From Spirochaetia bacterium (GTDB taxonomy: Bacteria > Spirochaetota > Spirochaetia > UBA9216), in assembly GCA_965140585.1 (NCBI GenBank), contig OZ223272.1, forward strand, positions 384,001-448,000: a stretch of DNA of 64,000 nt, written 5' to 3'. A program made the position numbers and the translations under genes. A model generated the notes under the pieces. It saw only the letters and a program-made list of their open reading frames with translations, was not told the DNA's origin and searched no databases. Of this stretch, positions 49,886 to 58,619 are shown piece after piece (position 1 is the first letter of the stretch; each line of letters begins with the position of its first letter).

Positions 49886-50422
49886 CTAATGAAACATTCC
49901 GCCGTACTGATTGACGGCACCGGCAAATCGGTTTACGAAGGGCGCCTTCCTGATAAGGACCATCAGCCTGCTTTTTGCAAGGGCGGGAGCAACCTTTGCC
50001 CTGAAGAGCTTTGCAAGCAACAGAACGATAACAAACACAGGAATCCAGAGCGCAAGACCGGCGGCAAAGCCTCCGACAAGCAGTGAATTATTAAAATCAA
50101 ACAGAATGAGTACCGGGATATCAAGAGAGTCATATATAAGAGCCGAGACAGCTGGAATATTCATTATTTTCCATCCGACAGGTTCAATAAGCGGATCTGC
50201 AAGGGGAATAATCAGCTTGAACAGTATTAGAAATGCAAACTCCAGACCGTAGTTGATTCTGAACAGCATTGTAATAATAAACAGGCAGAGCCACGTAAGG
50301 TTAAATGCCGGCATCATTGCAAGCATGAGCGCGAATGATACTGCAGCGGCTACAGACTGAGGTTTTGAGTTTGAATTAAGAGCTGCAATAAGCTTTGCCA
50401 GAGGCTTGATAAGAAAATTCAT
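49886..50422 (-). CDS. TIGR03546 (DUF2062-like) membrane protein
   Basis: ALNSNSKP, RIN, DPLIEPVGW and FNNSLLVGG. Confidence 0.8.
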   Translation of the reverse strand: MNFLIKPLAKLIAALNSNSKPQSVAAAVSFALMLAMMPAFNLTWLCLFIITMLFRINYGLEFAFLILFKLIIPLADPLIEPVGWKIMNIPAVSALIYDSLDIPVLILFDFNNSLLVGGFAAGLALWIPVFVIVLLLAKLFRAKVAPALAKSRLMVLIRKAPFVNRFAGAVNQYGGMFH

Positions 50423-50545
50423 TTATAAATCCGCCTTTTTGATAGACTGCGTCCAATAATAACATACTTTATATATTGTATTCACTATTATTTCTTCAAT
50501 ACAATTGTAGACTAAGCATACTTCAGACTGTAGAATAGGGGATAG

Positions 50546-51517
50546 ATGATCCAGACCAGAATGATTTACGACATAGTCTTAGTGCTGATCTTTTCCACAC
50601 TATTCGCAGTGATTATTTCAAGCATCAACTCCTGGAGAAGACAACAACACCCCAGACTGTTCTGGACCATGATTGTAAGCAGTGCCACGATTGTATATAT
50701 TGCGGGTATTCTGCTGGGAAACTACCTTCAGCTTGCCAATATAGTCTTTGCCGACAGCAGTCTCAAACTTTTTAATGATGATACTTACTGGAGTCTTGTA
50801 TTCGCGTTCTTCAAACTGGCTCTTATTGCAATAATGCTTTACGGAATAAACCACCTTACAGTGCATTTCCTGCCTATTCAGGTCAAACGCCGAAACAAGC
50901 TCGTGCTTCTGTTTATTCTTGTAATCTTTGTTCTTCTGCTTATTTTCCTGATAATTATTAAAAAACAGGCTTCCGACCAGCTGTTCCTCAACGCCGGAGC
51001 TGTTACAGACGGGTTCATATTCCCGCTTGCATGTCTTGTTGCCGGATCACAGGCTGTTACCCTTTTTATAACCTTCCTTGTTACTAAGGATCCCGAAAAG
51101 AAAAAGGAGAACCTTAAGGGCCTGATAATTCTGGCTCCATATCTGATACTGTCGCTTGTTGACATTATTGTCCTTGCGAACAGCAGTGCTCAGGCATATG
51201 TACGTTTTTCCTACATGGCAATATTGCCTTTGGTAGTCATCAGTTTTCTCGATTTCAGGGCAAAGCCCGGAGCAAAGGAAGCTTCGGCAATACAAAACAG
51301 CGACAGACTTGATAATATCTGTGAAAAGTTCGGTATTTCAGACAGGGAAAAAGATGTACTCAACCTGGTAATACAGGGAGAGGATCACAAAAACATTGCC
51401 GATAAACTATTTATTTCCGTCAACACGGTAAAAACTCATTTGCAGAATATCTACAAGAAGATGAAAGTTTCCGGAAAACTGCAGCTGATGTTACGTGTAA
51501 ACTCCATAACAGATTAA
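50546..51517 (+). CDS. Multi-TM sensor fused to a LuxR-type HTH
   Basis: About seven hydrophobic segments, then ISDREKDV...IADKLFISVNTVKTHLQNIYKKM. Confidence 0.88.
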   Translation: MIQTRMIYDIVLVLIFSTLFAVIISSINSWRRQQHPRLFWTMIVSSATIVYIAGILLGNYLQLANIVFADSSLKLFNDDTYWSLVFAFFKLALIAIMLYGINHLTVHFLPIQVKRRNKLVLLFILVIFVLLLIFLIIIKKQASDQLFLNAGAVTDGFIFPLACLVAGSQAVTLFITFLVTKDPEKKKENLKGLIILAPYLILSLVDIIVLANSSAQAYVRFSYMAILPLVVISFLDFRAKPGAKEASAIQNSDRLDNICEKFGISDREKDVLNLVIQGEDHKNIADKLFISVNTVKTHLQNIYKKMKVSGKLQLMLRVNSITD

Positions 51518-51549
51518 AAAAGGCTGAGAGGAAGCAACCGTCTCAGCCC
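51516..51549 (-). terminator. Terminator between the convergent luxR-type and CoA-disulfide reductase genes
   Basis: GGCTGAGA-N11-TCTCAGCC with an A tract on the left (U tract on the minus strand). Confidence 0.7.
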
Positions 51550-51571
51550 TGCATTTAATTAAAGACAGCTT

Positions 51572-53266
51572 TTATTTTTCTCTCGGATAAGGCCATCCGA
51601 TCACACCGCCTTCAAGAACCTTTACGTTGGTATATCCAAGCCCCTTAAGTATGCATGCGCCCTCATAACCTCTCAGAGAAATCTTGCAGTAGAGGATAAT
51701 CTCCTGATTTTTATCTTTCGGGAGAGTATCGGCCTTCTTTCTGATCATTCCAAGCGGCAGAAGGGTCTCGCCTATTCCAAGGCGCATCTGCTCAAACTCA
51801 TCGGGTCCTCTAACATCAAGCAGGTACAGTTTTTCTCCTGCATTATTACGTTCATAAACTTCCGTTGCGGAGATGCCTGTCATTCTGCCCAGAAATTTAT
51901 TCTGAAGAACATGAGCCGCCGCAATAAAGTTATCGATAGCCGGGGAGAAAGGCGGTGCATAGGGAAGGTCCAGATTAACCAGATCATGCACGCACATCCC
52001 GGCCTGTATAGCCATGGCACCCGTTGAAATACGCTTGGAAACATCACCGGTTCCCACCGCCTGAATTCCAAGCAGTTTTCCGGTTGTCTTATCAGCAACC
52101 AGTTTGATAATCACAGGCATTGCACCCATGAAACCGGGTTTATCAGGTGAGGCCTGAATGGCTGTGAGGATGTTTGAGTATCCCAGTTTTTTTGCCTGGC
52201 TCACGGAAAGGCCTGAGCTTCCAGCGGTGTAGTCGAAAACCTTGCAGATACCCGTACCGATCATTCCCTTGTATTCAGCATTGTTTCCAAGCACCATGTT
52301 CTGGGCGGCAACCCTTCCCTGAAGATTTGCCGCGTCGCCCATCGGCCAGTGCGACTTGTTATGCGTAACCAGGTTTGTCACCTCAACACAGTCGCCGCCG
52401 GCATAAATGTCAGGATCAGAGGTCTGCATGAAAGAATTAACTGATATTCCGCCCCTGAGTCCCACTTCAAGACCGGCGGATGCTGCAAGTGCAGAATTAG
52501 GCCGTACACCTATTGAAACTACAGCAAGATCGCATTCAAGCTCTTCACCGTTTGACAGTTTTACACCGGTTAATTTCCCGTCATCGCCAAGAAACTCCGA
52601 GACGCCGATTCCTGTTATCACATCACTGCCCTTGGTTCTTATGTGGTTTTCAACATGCTTTGCCATTTCCCAGTCAAGGAAGGAAAGGATCTGATCCATC
52701 ATCTCAACCACAGTTATCTCTACTCCGGCAAGTTCCAGGGCTTCACAGGTTTCTATACCGATCAAACCGCCTCCGACTATTACGGCTTTCTTCAGACTGC
52801 CTTCATTCAGACGTTTTTTGAGATACATTGCATCTTCCATGCTCTGAAGTGTTGTAACCCCCTCAAGATCCTTGCCCGGCAGAGGCGGAACAACCGGATT
52901 TGCTCCGGTGGCAAGAAAAAGTTTTGAATACTCCTGGGTAGATTCAACTCCGGTGGTAACATTCATCATTCTGAGTTTTTTTGCCTGCCGGTCAATATCG
53001 GTAACCTCAGTTCCGGTAATTGCCTTGATGTTCTTCACATTCATAAAGAATCCCGGGTCTCTGGGAACTCCGGTAGGCGTTGCAATAAGCTGGCCCGGGT
53101 CGTCGAATACCCCACCAACAAAATACGGATATCCGCATGACGCCATTGAAAGAAAGTTTCCTTTCTGAATCATTACAATTTCCGCTTCAGGGTCCATTCT
53201 CCTGATCTTCGAAGCGGCCTTCGGGCCGGCAGCTGATCCGCCGACGATTACATATGGTCCTGACAT
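51572..53266 (-). CDS. CoA-disulfide/persulfide reductase with C-terminal rhodanese domain
   Basis: GGSAAG, SMASCGYPY (redox Cys), LATGA, GGGLIG, YAGGDC and YAPPFS; rhodanese LDVR, YCKISLRG and LEGG. Confidence 0.9.
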   Translation of the reverse strand: MSGPYVIVGGSAAGPKAASKIRRMDPEAEIVMIQKGNFLSMASCGYPYFVGGVFDDPGQLIATPTGVPRDPGFFMNVKNIKAITGTEVTDIDRQAKKLRMMNVTTGVESTQEYSKLFLATGANPVVPPLPGKDLEGVTTLQSMEDAMYLKKRLNEGSLKKAVIVGGGLIGIETCEALELAGVEITVVEMMDQILSFLDWEMAKHVENHIRTKGSDVITGIGVSEFLGDDGKLTGVKLSNGEELECDLAVVSIGVRPNSALAASAGLEVGLRGGISVNSFMQTSDPDIYAGGDCVEVTNLVTHNKSHWPMGDAANLQGRVAAQNMVLGNNAEYKGMIGTGICKVFDYTAGSSGLSVSQAKKLGYSNILTAIQASPDKPGFMGAMPVIIKLVADKTTGKLLGIQAVGTGDVSKRISTGAMAIQAGMCVHDLVNLDLPYAPPFSPAIDNFIAAAHVLQNKFLGRMTGISATEVYERNNAGEKLYLLDVRGPDEFEQMRLGIGETLLPLGMIRKKADTLPKDKNQEIILYCKISLRGYEGACILKGLGYTNVKVLEGGVIGWPYPREK

Positions 53267-53430
53267 TTCTGCCTCCTGTAAATTTTGAGCACTAAATACT
53301 GCAGCCTATAGTGCTGCCCATATCTTAGTGTTTTAATAATGTTATATCGATATATATTGATTTATATATACACAGTGTACAACAGGAGATCATATCTGTA
53401 AAGATAAAGATTAATTTTATTAGGAACAGC

Positions 53431-54792
53431 TTAGATTACTAGTATTACTTGAATGTCACAGACGTTTGTATTTGTGGGTCCGGTTTTAAGCAGCGAATTC
53501 GTAAGTTCAAGTGCATGGTAGCTGTCGTTGTCTTTCAGAAACGAAAGAAGATCAACCTGCTCGGCATTATGAAGTATATCACTGCAGACCAGTCCGCCGG
53601 CCGCATCAGTAGGCCCGTCGTTTCCATCAGTTGCTCCGGAAAGAAAAGCGATTCTGCTCCACAAGTCCGGTTTCTGCTTCAGTTCAGTCATAAAAGCAAG
53701 AGCCATCTCCTGGTTTCGACCGCCGAGACCTGTTCCGTGGAGGATTACAGTTGTTTCACCGCCTGCAATAATGCAGGCAGGCAGACCGCTGATATTGTCA
53801 TGTGCTGTTAGATCGGAAGCTATCCCGAAGTAGAATTTCGCCGCTTCCCTGGCTTCACCTGTGATCCTTGAAGAGAGAATTGTAGTATTGTATCCCAGCT
53901 CCTCTGCCTTATTATGTGCTGCTTTGAGTGCAAGATAATTAGAACCCACAAGCACGTTATCGGTTTTGCTGAAAACTTCATCTCCGGCTTTTGGAGTATC
54001 CGGGGTGTTCCCTGCCTGGCCTGAGAGCAGGAAGCGTATAACAGACTTCGGAAGGTCGTCTTCAAGATCGTATTTTTTTATAAGATCAAAAACATCATCA
54101 TATGCCGTATTATCCGGGGCTGTCATTCCGGAAGCAATGGAACTCAGGTCATCGCCTACTACATCAGAGAGGATAAGGTTAACTGATCTTGCGGGATACA
54201 TAAGAGCGGCAAGTCTTCCGCCCTTAACCCCTGACAGATGCTTTCTAAAGCAGTTAATCTCCTGGATCTCGGCTCCGCAGGCAAGAAGCTGCTTTGTGAC
54301 TTCCTGCTTATCAGCAAGGCTGAGAGTGAAATCCTCATCCTTATACGGCTTGCACAGCAGGGCTGAACCTCCGCCGGATATAAGATTGATTATAAGGGTA
54401 TTTTCATCAGCATCGGAGCAGAGCTTTATCATCTCATCAGCAGCCTGAATGCTGTTCTCATCGGGAACCGGATGGCCTGATTCGATCAGCCTGACGTGTT
54501 TCAGATCTTCAGTATGTCCGTATTTTACAACGATCAGGCCGCCGTTTATCCGGCTGCCGAGCACGGCTTCAGCGGCAAGAGCCATTCTTGCCGAAGCCTT
54601 CCCTACTCCAAGCAGCAGCAGTCTGGAGTAATCATCCAGATTAATGCTCAGTTCGCTGCCGTCTGCCGAAATCTTCAGAATACTGCCATCGAGTTTCATT
54701 CTATCATGGATCAGTTTTTCCGGATCTACAACTTCAAGCCCCGCCATGAAGATCTCCCTGGCGTCATTGTGCATTATTTTTTCAATATTCAT
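53431..54792 (-). CDS. Glycerate kinase type 2 (MOFRL/TtuD family)
   Basis: GVGKAS, GHPVPD, ISGGGSAL, RKHLSGVKGG, SDVVGD, GGETTV, GGRNQE, TDGNDGPT and TGPTNTNVCD. Confidence 0.92.
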   Translation of the reverse strand: MNIEKIMHNDAREIFMAGLEVVDPEKLIHDRMKLDGSILKISADGSELSINLDDYSRLLLLGVGKASARMALAAEAVLGSRINGGLIVVKYGHTEDLKHVRLIESGHPVPDENSIQAADEMIKLCSDADENTLIINLISGGGSALLCKPYKDEDFTLSLADKQEVTKQLLACGAEIQEINCFRKHLSGVKGGRLAALMYPARSVNLILSDVVGDDLSSIASGMTAPDNTAYDDVFDLIKKYDLEDDLPKSVIRFLLSGQAGNTPDTPKAGDEVFSKTDNVLVGSNYLALKAAHNKAEELGYNTTILSSRITGEAREAAKFYFGIASDLTAHDNISGLPACIIAGGETTVILHGTGLGGRNQEMALAFMTELKQKPDLWSRIAFLSGATDGNDGPTDAAGGLVCSDILHNAEQVDLLSFLKDNDSYHALELTNSLLKTGPTNTNVCDIQVILVI

Positions 54793-54793
54793 T

Positions 54794-55492
54794 TTATTCT
54801 CCAAGAAAAGTGATCATGGCTTCAGTAATCTGCAGATGCTGTTCTTCCTTTGTTATGGAAGCCTCGTTGTCTCCGTTTTGCGGGCCGTAGGAACCGAAAC
54901 CGGAGTGATTACCGCCTTCTATCTCTATAGTAGTAAATCCATCAGGCAGAAGATAGTCGGCCGCTGCAATTTCCTCAGGGGTGGCTACACCGTCAAGGCT
55001 GCCGCGGATTGAAAGTACATCAATTCCGGTATTGCCGCTCAAGTCCCAGTCCGCCGACGGGTAGGAAGCCCAGAAGGCAATCCCTGTGAACTGATCAGGA
55101 TTTCGGAAAACCACCCCCGAAGCCATTGCACCGCCCAGTGAATGTCCGGCTATCCAGTAATCCCTTCCGGGAAAATCTTCCATAACATCAAGGGCAGCAT
55201 TCTGCTTAAAGACAGCCAGGTCGAAGGGCATCTTTACAAGCACTGTGGTAATACCTTCAGATGCAATCATAGTCAGAACAGGCAGATAGGCAGTCTCATC
55301 GACAAGCCCGCCGGGATAGAAAATGAGCAGCTTTGAATCAACAGCACCGCTGTCGGCCTCAATGAGGTAGTATTCTGAAAGCTCAGAAACAGAAACTCCT
55401 GCCGCAAGGTCCGAATCAGAATAATCAGGCGCAAGAGAGCAGGAGCTCAGTAAAAGAAGGGAAATTAAAAGTACGAGTATTCCCGGTTTCAT
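54794..55492 (-). CDS. Alpha/beta hydrolase lipoprotein (carboxylesterase-like)
   Basis: Lipobox LLSSC; FYPGG, GHSLGG, DGV and GGNHSGFGSYGPQ. Confidence 0.88.
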   Translation of the reverse strand: MKPGILVLLISLLLLSSCSLAPDYSDSDLAAGVSVSELSEYYLIEADSGAVDSKLLIFYPGGLVDETAYLPVLTMIASEGITTVLVKMPFDLAVFKQNAALDVMEDFPGRDYWIAGHSLGGAMASGVVFRNPDQFTGIAFWASYPSADWDLSGNTGIDVLSIRGSLDGVATPEEIAAADYLLPDGFTTIEIEGGNHSGFGSYGPQNGDNEASITKEEQHLQITEAMITFLGE

Positions 55493-55493
55493 T

Positions 55494-55910
55494 TTAGAAC
55501 CGGGAAATTCTGCTTACATTGTATTTTTCAAGAATTTTAATACCGTGCTGTACATCCTCAACCTTGAAGATAATCACGGCCTTATCCGAATTACTCTCAA
55601 GTGAGGAATAGAGGTACTCAATGTTAACCCCGTTTTCATCGAAAATCTTCATCACATGGGCAAGTCCGCCCGGAGTGTCGCCGACCTCAACTCCTAAAAC
55701 AAGGTTTTCCTTGGCTGTGAAACCGTTCTTTTCAAGAAGAGCCAGGGTTTCATCCGGTTTGTCTATAATTATCCTGAGAATTCCGAAATCAGCGGTGTCG
55801 GCTATACTTATCGCGCGAAGGTTGAATCCCGCTTCTCCGAGCAATCCGGATACCTCGGCCAGCCGGCCTGATTTATTTTCAAGAAAAACTGATATCTGCT
55901 TTAAAGCCAT
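55494..55910 (-). CDS. ACT-domain pair protein (PaaK-associated)
   Basis: QISVFLENKSGRL, IADTADFGILR, DTPGGL and NIEYLY. Confidence 0.92.
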   Translation of the reverse strand: MALKQISVFLENKSGRLAEVSGLLGEAGFNLRAISIADTADFGILRIIIDKPDETLALLEKNGFTAKENLVLGVEVGDTPGGLAHVMKIFDENGVNIEYLYSSLESNSDKAVIIFKVEDVQHGIKILEKYNVSRISRF

Positions 55911-55933
55911 AATGCCTCCTAAAATATGCTGTC

Positions 55934-57235
55934 CTAGAGATTTCTCTTATCGATGACTCTTTTGGCTTTTCCGATGCTTCTTTCAATAGTCTTTGGTTCA
56001 ACAAGTTTGATTGTCGCATTCACCCCAAGCCTGTTTTTCATCTCTCCCTTGATCTTTGAGCGAAGACTTTCCATATTTTTGGTTTCATCCGAGAAGAACT
56101 GTTCCTTCACTTCCACCCAGACTTCAACTTCATCAAGATGCTTCTGTCCCCGGTCAACAACTATCTGGTAATGCGGCTGTGTTTCCTCCATCTGAACAAG
56201 GATTTCCTCGATCTGGGTCGGGAACACATTCACACCCCTGATAATCAGCATATCATCGGTCCTGCCCATAAGTCTATGCATTTTTACCGATGTTCTGCCG
56301 CAGGCACATTTCCCTCTGCTAAGGTAAGTGATGTCGCGTGTTCGGTAACGGAGAATGGGAGTACCCTGCTTTGTAAGGGTTGTAAAAACCAGTTCACCCT
56401 TCTCACCGTCAGGCAGCACCTCTCCGCTTATCGGATCGATAATTTCAGGATAAAAGAGGTCTTCATTTACGTGGAGACCGTCCTTGCATTCGCATTCATT
56501 TGCGACACCCGGGCCGATAATTTCGGTAAGTCCGTAGATATCAAAGGCATCCAGGTGAAGCTGAGCCTCCATTTCCTTTCTCATTTCCTCTGTCCAGGGT
56601 TCCGCTCCGAAACATCCGGCCTTAACCTTCATATCCTTCATAGAGAAGCCGTTCTCCGCAGCAAACTCGGCAATATAAAGCGAGTATGAGGGCGTACAGG
56701 TAAGAAAGGTTGTGCCGAAGTCTTTCATTACAGTAAGCTGGCGCGCTGTATTACCGCCTGAGATGGGAATAACATTAGCACCGATTGTCCTTGCTCCGTA
56801 GTGCACACCAAGACCGCCTGTAAAAAGACCGTATCCGTAGGCATTCTGAATTACATCATTCTTTCCGGCACCGGCCATGGTAAGACAGCGGGCCATGCAT
56901 TCACCCCAGATATCTATATCCTTCTGTGTGTAGGCATCGACAACGGGAGTTCCTGTGGTTCCGGAGGACTGATGTATCTCAACAATTTCTGATTCATCTA
57001 CGGCAAGCAGCCCATAGGGGTATGTCTCACGCATTTCATCCTTTGTAGTAAAAGGAAGTTTTGAAATATCCTTAATATCCTGGATGTCAGAAGGTTTAAC
57101 ACCAAGTTCATCAAATTTTTTTTTATAGAAAGGAACCTTTGCGTAAAGGTTCTCTGCAAGTTTTGCGAGACTTTCAGTCTGTACTTTTTCAAGCTCAGCC
57201 TGGGGCATTGTCTCCATTTTTTCATTCCAAATCAT
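55934..57235 (-). CDS. paaK: Phenylacetate-CoA ligase family protein
   Basis: [46 protein letters not shown] and [16 protein letters not shown]. Confidence 0.92.
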   Translation of the reverse strand: MIWNEKMETMPQAELEKVQTESLAKLAENLYAKVPFYKKKFDELGVKPSDIQDIKDISKLPFTTKDEMRETYPYGLLAVDESEIVEIHQSSGTTGTPVVDAYTQKDIDIWGECMARCLTMAGAGKNDVIQNAYGYGLFTGGLGVHYGARTIGANVIPISGGNTARQLTVMKDFGTTFLTCTPSYSLYIAEFAAENGFSMKDMKVKAGCFGAEPWTEEMRKEMEAQLHLDAFDIYGLTEIIGPGVANECECKDGLHVNEDLFYPEIIDPISGEVLPDGEKGELVFTTLTKQGTPILRYRTRDITYLSRGKCACGRTSVKMHRLMGRTDDMLIIRGVNVFPTQIEEILVQMEETQPHYQIVVDRGQKHLDEVEVWVEVKEQFFSDETKNMESLRSKIKGEMKNRLGVNATIKLVEPKTIERSIGKAKRVIDKRNL

Positions 57236-57869
57236 ATCTTACTCCTTCTGTCATTCCGGTTATTCCGTAACGCAGTATTCTAACAACGTAGGTCCAGTCA
57301 TTAAGGTAATCTTCCTTAATCTTCTCGATATCCGTTTCGGTTTCGATTTCAGATATAAAATCATACCTTGTTTTCATAATGAACCATGATACTAAATCCA
57401 TTGCCCGTCTCTTCGGTATATTTATTGAAGAAAAGTCGCAGTCGTCGAAAAGCCGGCTGAAGTGGGTACTGCCTATTTCGAGAACCTTTTTCTCAAGCTT
57501 CCGGTCGCTGATCTTATGGGTATTTACAATCAACGAAACATACTTGGGGTTACTTATATAGAAATCTATAGCCAGGCTGGCATAGAGAAACATACGATCA
57601 ATCAGCGATGCCGGAAGTTCCTTCCCTTCATGTCTGGCTTCCCAGGCAAGATGGGCTGAAATTCTATCATAACCGTATTTCACTATGTACAGAAAAAGCT
57701 CTTCCTTGCTGGAGGTATACTCGTAAAGGCCGCCCTTTGAGATGCCCGCCTTTTTAATGATTCTGTCGGTAGAACTTTTCTCGTAGGAATAACTGCCGAA
57801 CTCGTTCACACAGGCGTTTATGATACGCTGTTTTTTCTCCCTGGGGAGCCTTTCAAAAGTAGATTTCAT
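57222..57869 (-). CDS. TetR/AcrR family regulator
   Basis: N-terminal [24 protein letters not shown]. Confidence 0.9.
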   Translation of the reverse strand: MKSTFERLPREKKQRIINACVNEFGSYSYEKSSTDRIIKKAGISKGGLYEYTSSKEELFLYIVKYGYDRISAHLAWEARHEGKELPASLIDRMFLYASLAIDFYISNPKYVSLIVNTHKISDRKLEKKVLEIGSTHFSRLFDDCDFSSINIPKRRAMDLVSWFIMKTRYDFISEIETETDIEKIKEDYLNDWTYVVRILRYGITGMTEGVRYDLE

Positions 57870-57886
57870 ATAGTTTATTGATTAAT

Positions 57887-57902
57887 CCGACTAAACGGTC
57901 AG
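57887..57902. promoter_or_regulatory. Putative TetR operator
   Basis: CCGAC-TAAACG-GTCAG near-palindrome 17 bp upstream of the tetR start. Confidence 0.5.
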
Positions 57903-58007
57903 AATTATATTAAGCTCAGTGTGAAAAAAAATCAACAACGAAATCAAATTGACTATATATGAGTTCGCCCCTCGACAACCGGATGTTAATTATTCTATAT
58001 TTCATAT

Positions 58008-58619
58008 ATGGACAAAGTTTACCTTATTGGAATATGCGGAGGCTCAGGCTCCGGAAAGACTACAATCGTTAAACAGATTGAGAAAATTGTACCGGATTTT
58101 GTTTTTATACCGCAGGATAATTATTACAAATCAGCTGAGTATATCAACAATCAGAATATTACAGCCTTCAATTTCGACCACCCCGACGCCTTTGACAACG
58201 ATCTGCTGATAAGTCAGTTAAAAGATCTTAAAAAAGGAAGGGCCGTGGACATGCCCCTGTATGACTTTGTTCATCACCGCAGAGCCGATGAAACAGTAAG
58301 GGTTGAACCGCGGAAGGTAATTATTTTTGAAGGAATCATGATCTATTCCGACAGAAAAGTCCGGGACCTTATCGATCTGAAGCTCTTTGTCGATACCCCA
58401 AGCGACATCCGCTTTATACGCAGAATGAAGCGAGACATAGAAGAACGCGGCCGTACAATGGAATCGGTAGTCACCCAGTATATGGAAGTGGTCCGCCCCG
58501 GACATATCGAATTCATCGAACCGACAAAAACCTTTGCGGACCTAATAATCCCTGAAGGCGGATATAATCAGACAGCACTTGAAGTACTAACTGCCTTTAT
58601 AAAGACAAATCTTATATGA
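58008..58619 (+). CDS. udk: Uridine kinase
   Basis: GICGGSGSGKTT, QDNYY, NFDHPDAFD, YDFVHH, EGI, RDIEERGR and IEPTK.FADLIIP. Confidence 0.95.
   Translation: MDKVYLIGICGGSGSGKTTIVKQIEKIVPDFVFIPQDNYYKSAEYINNQNITAFNFDHPDAFDNDLLISQLKDLKKGRAVDMPLYDFVHHRRADETVRVEPRKVIIFEGIMIYSDRKVRDLIDLKLFVDTPSDIRFIRRMKRDIEERGRTMESVVTQYMEVVRPGHIEFIEPTKTFADLIIPEGGYNQTALEVLTAFIKTNLI

Noticed and set aside
49182-49889. Long antisense ORFs (also 1353-2024, 10382-11227 and 31810-32541)
   Set aside because: They lie opposite well-supported genes and have no recognisable motifs; they are shadow ORFs.
51521-51549. SRP-RNA-like AGGAAGCA loop
   Set aside because: The surrounding SRP helix is absent; it fits a simple terminator hairpin.
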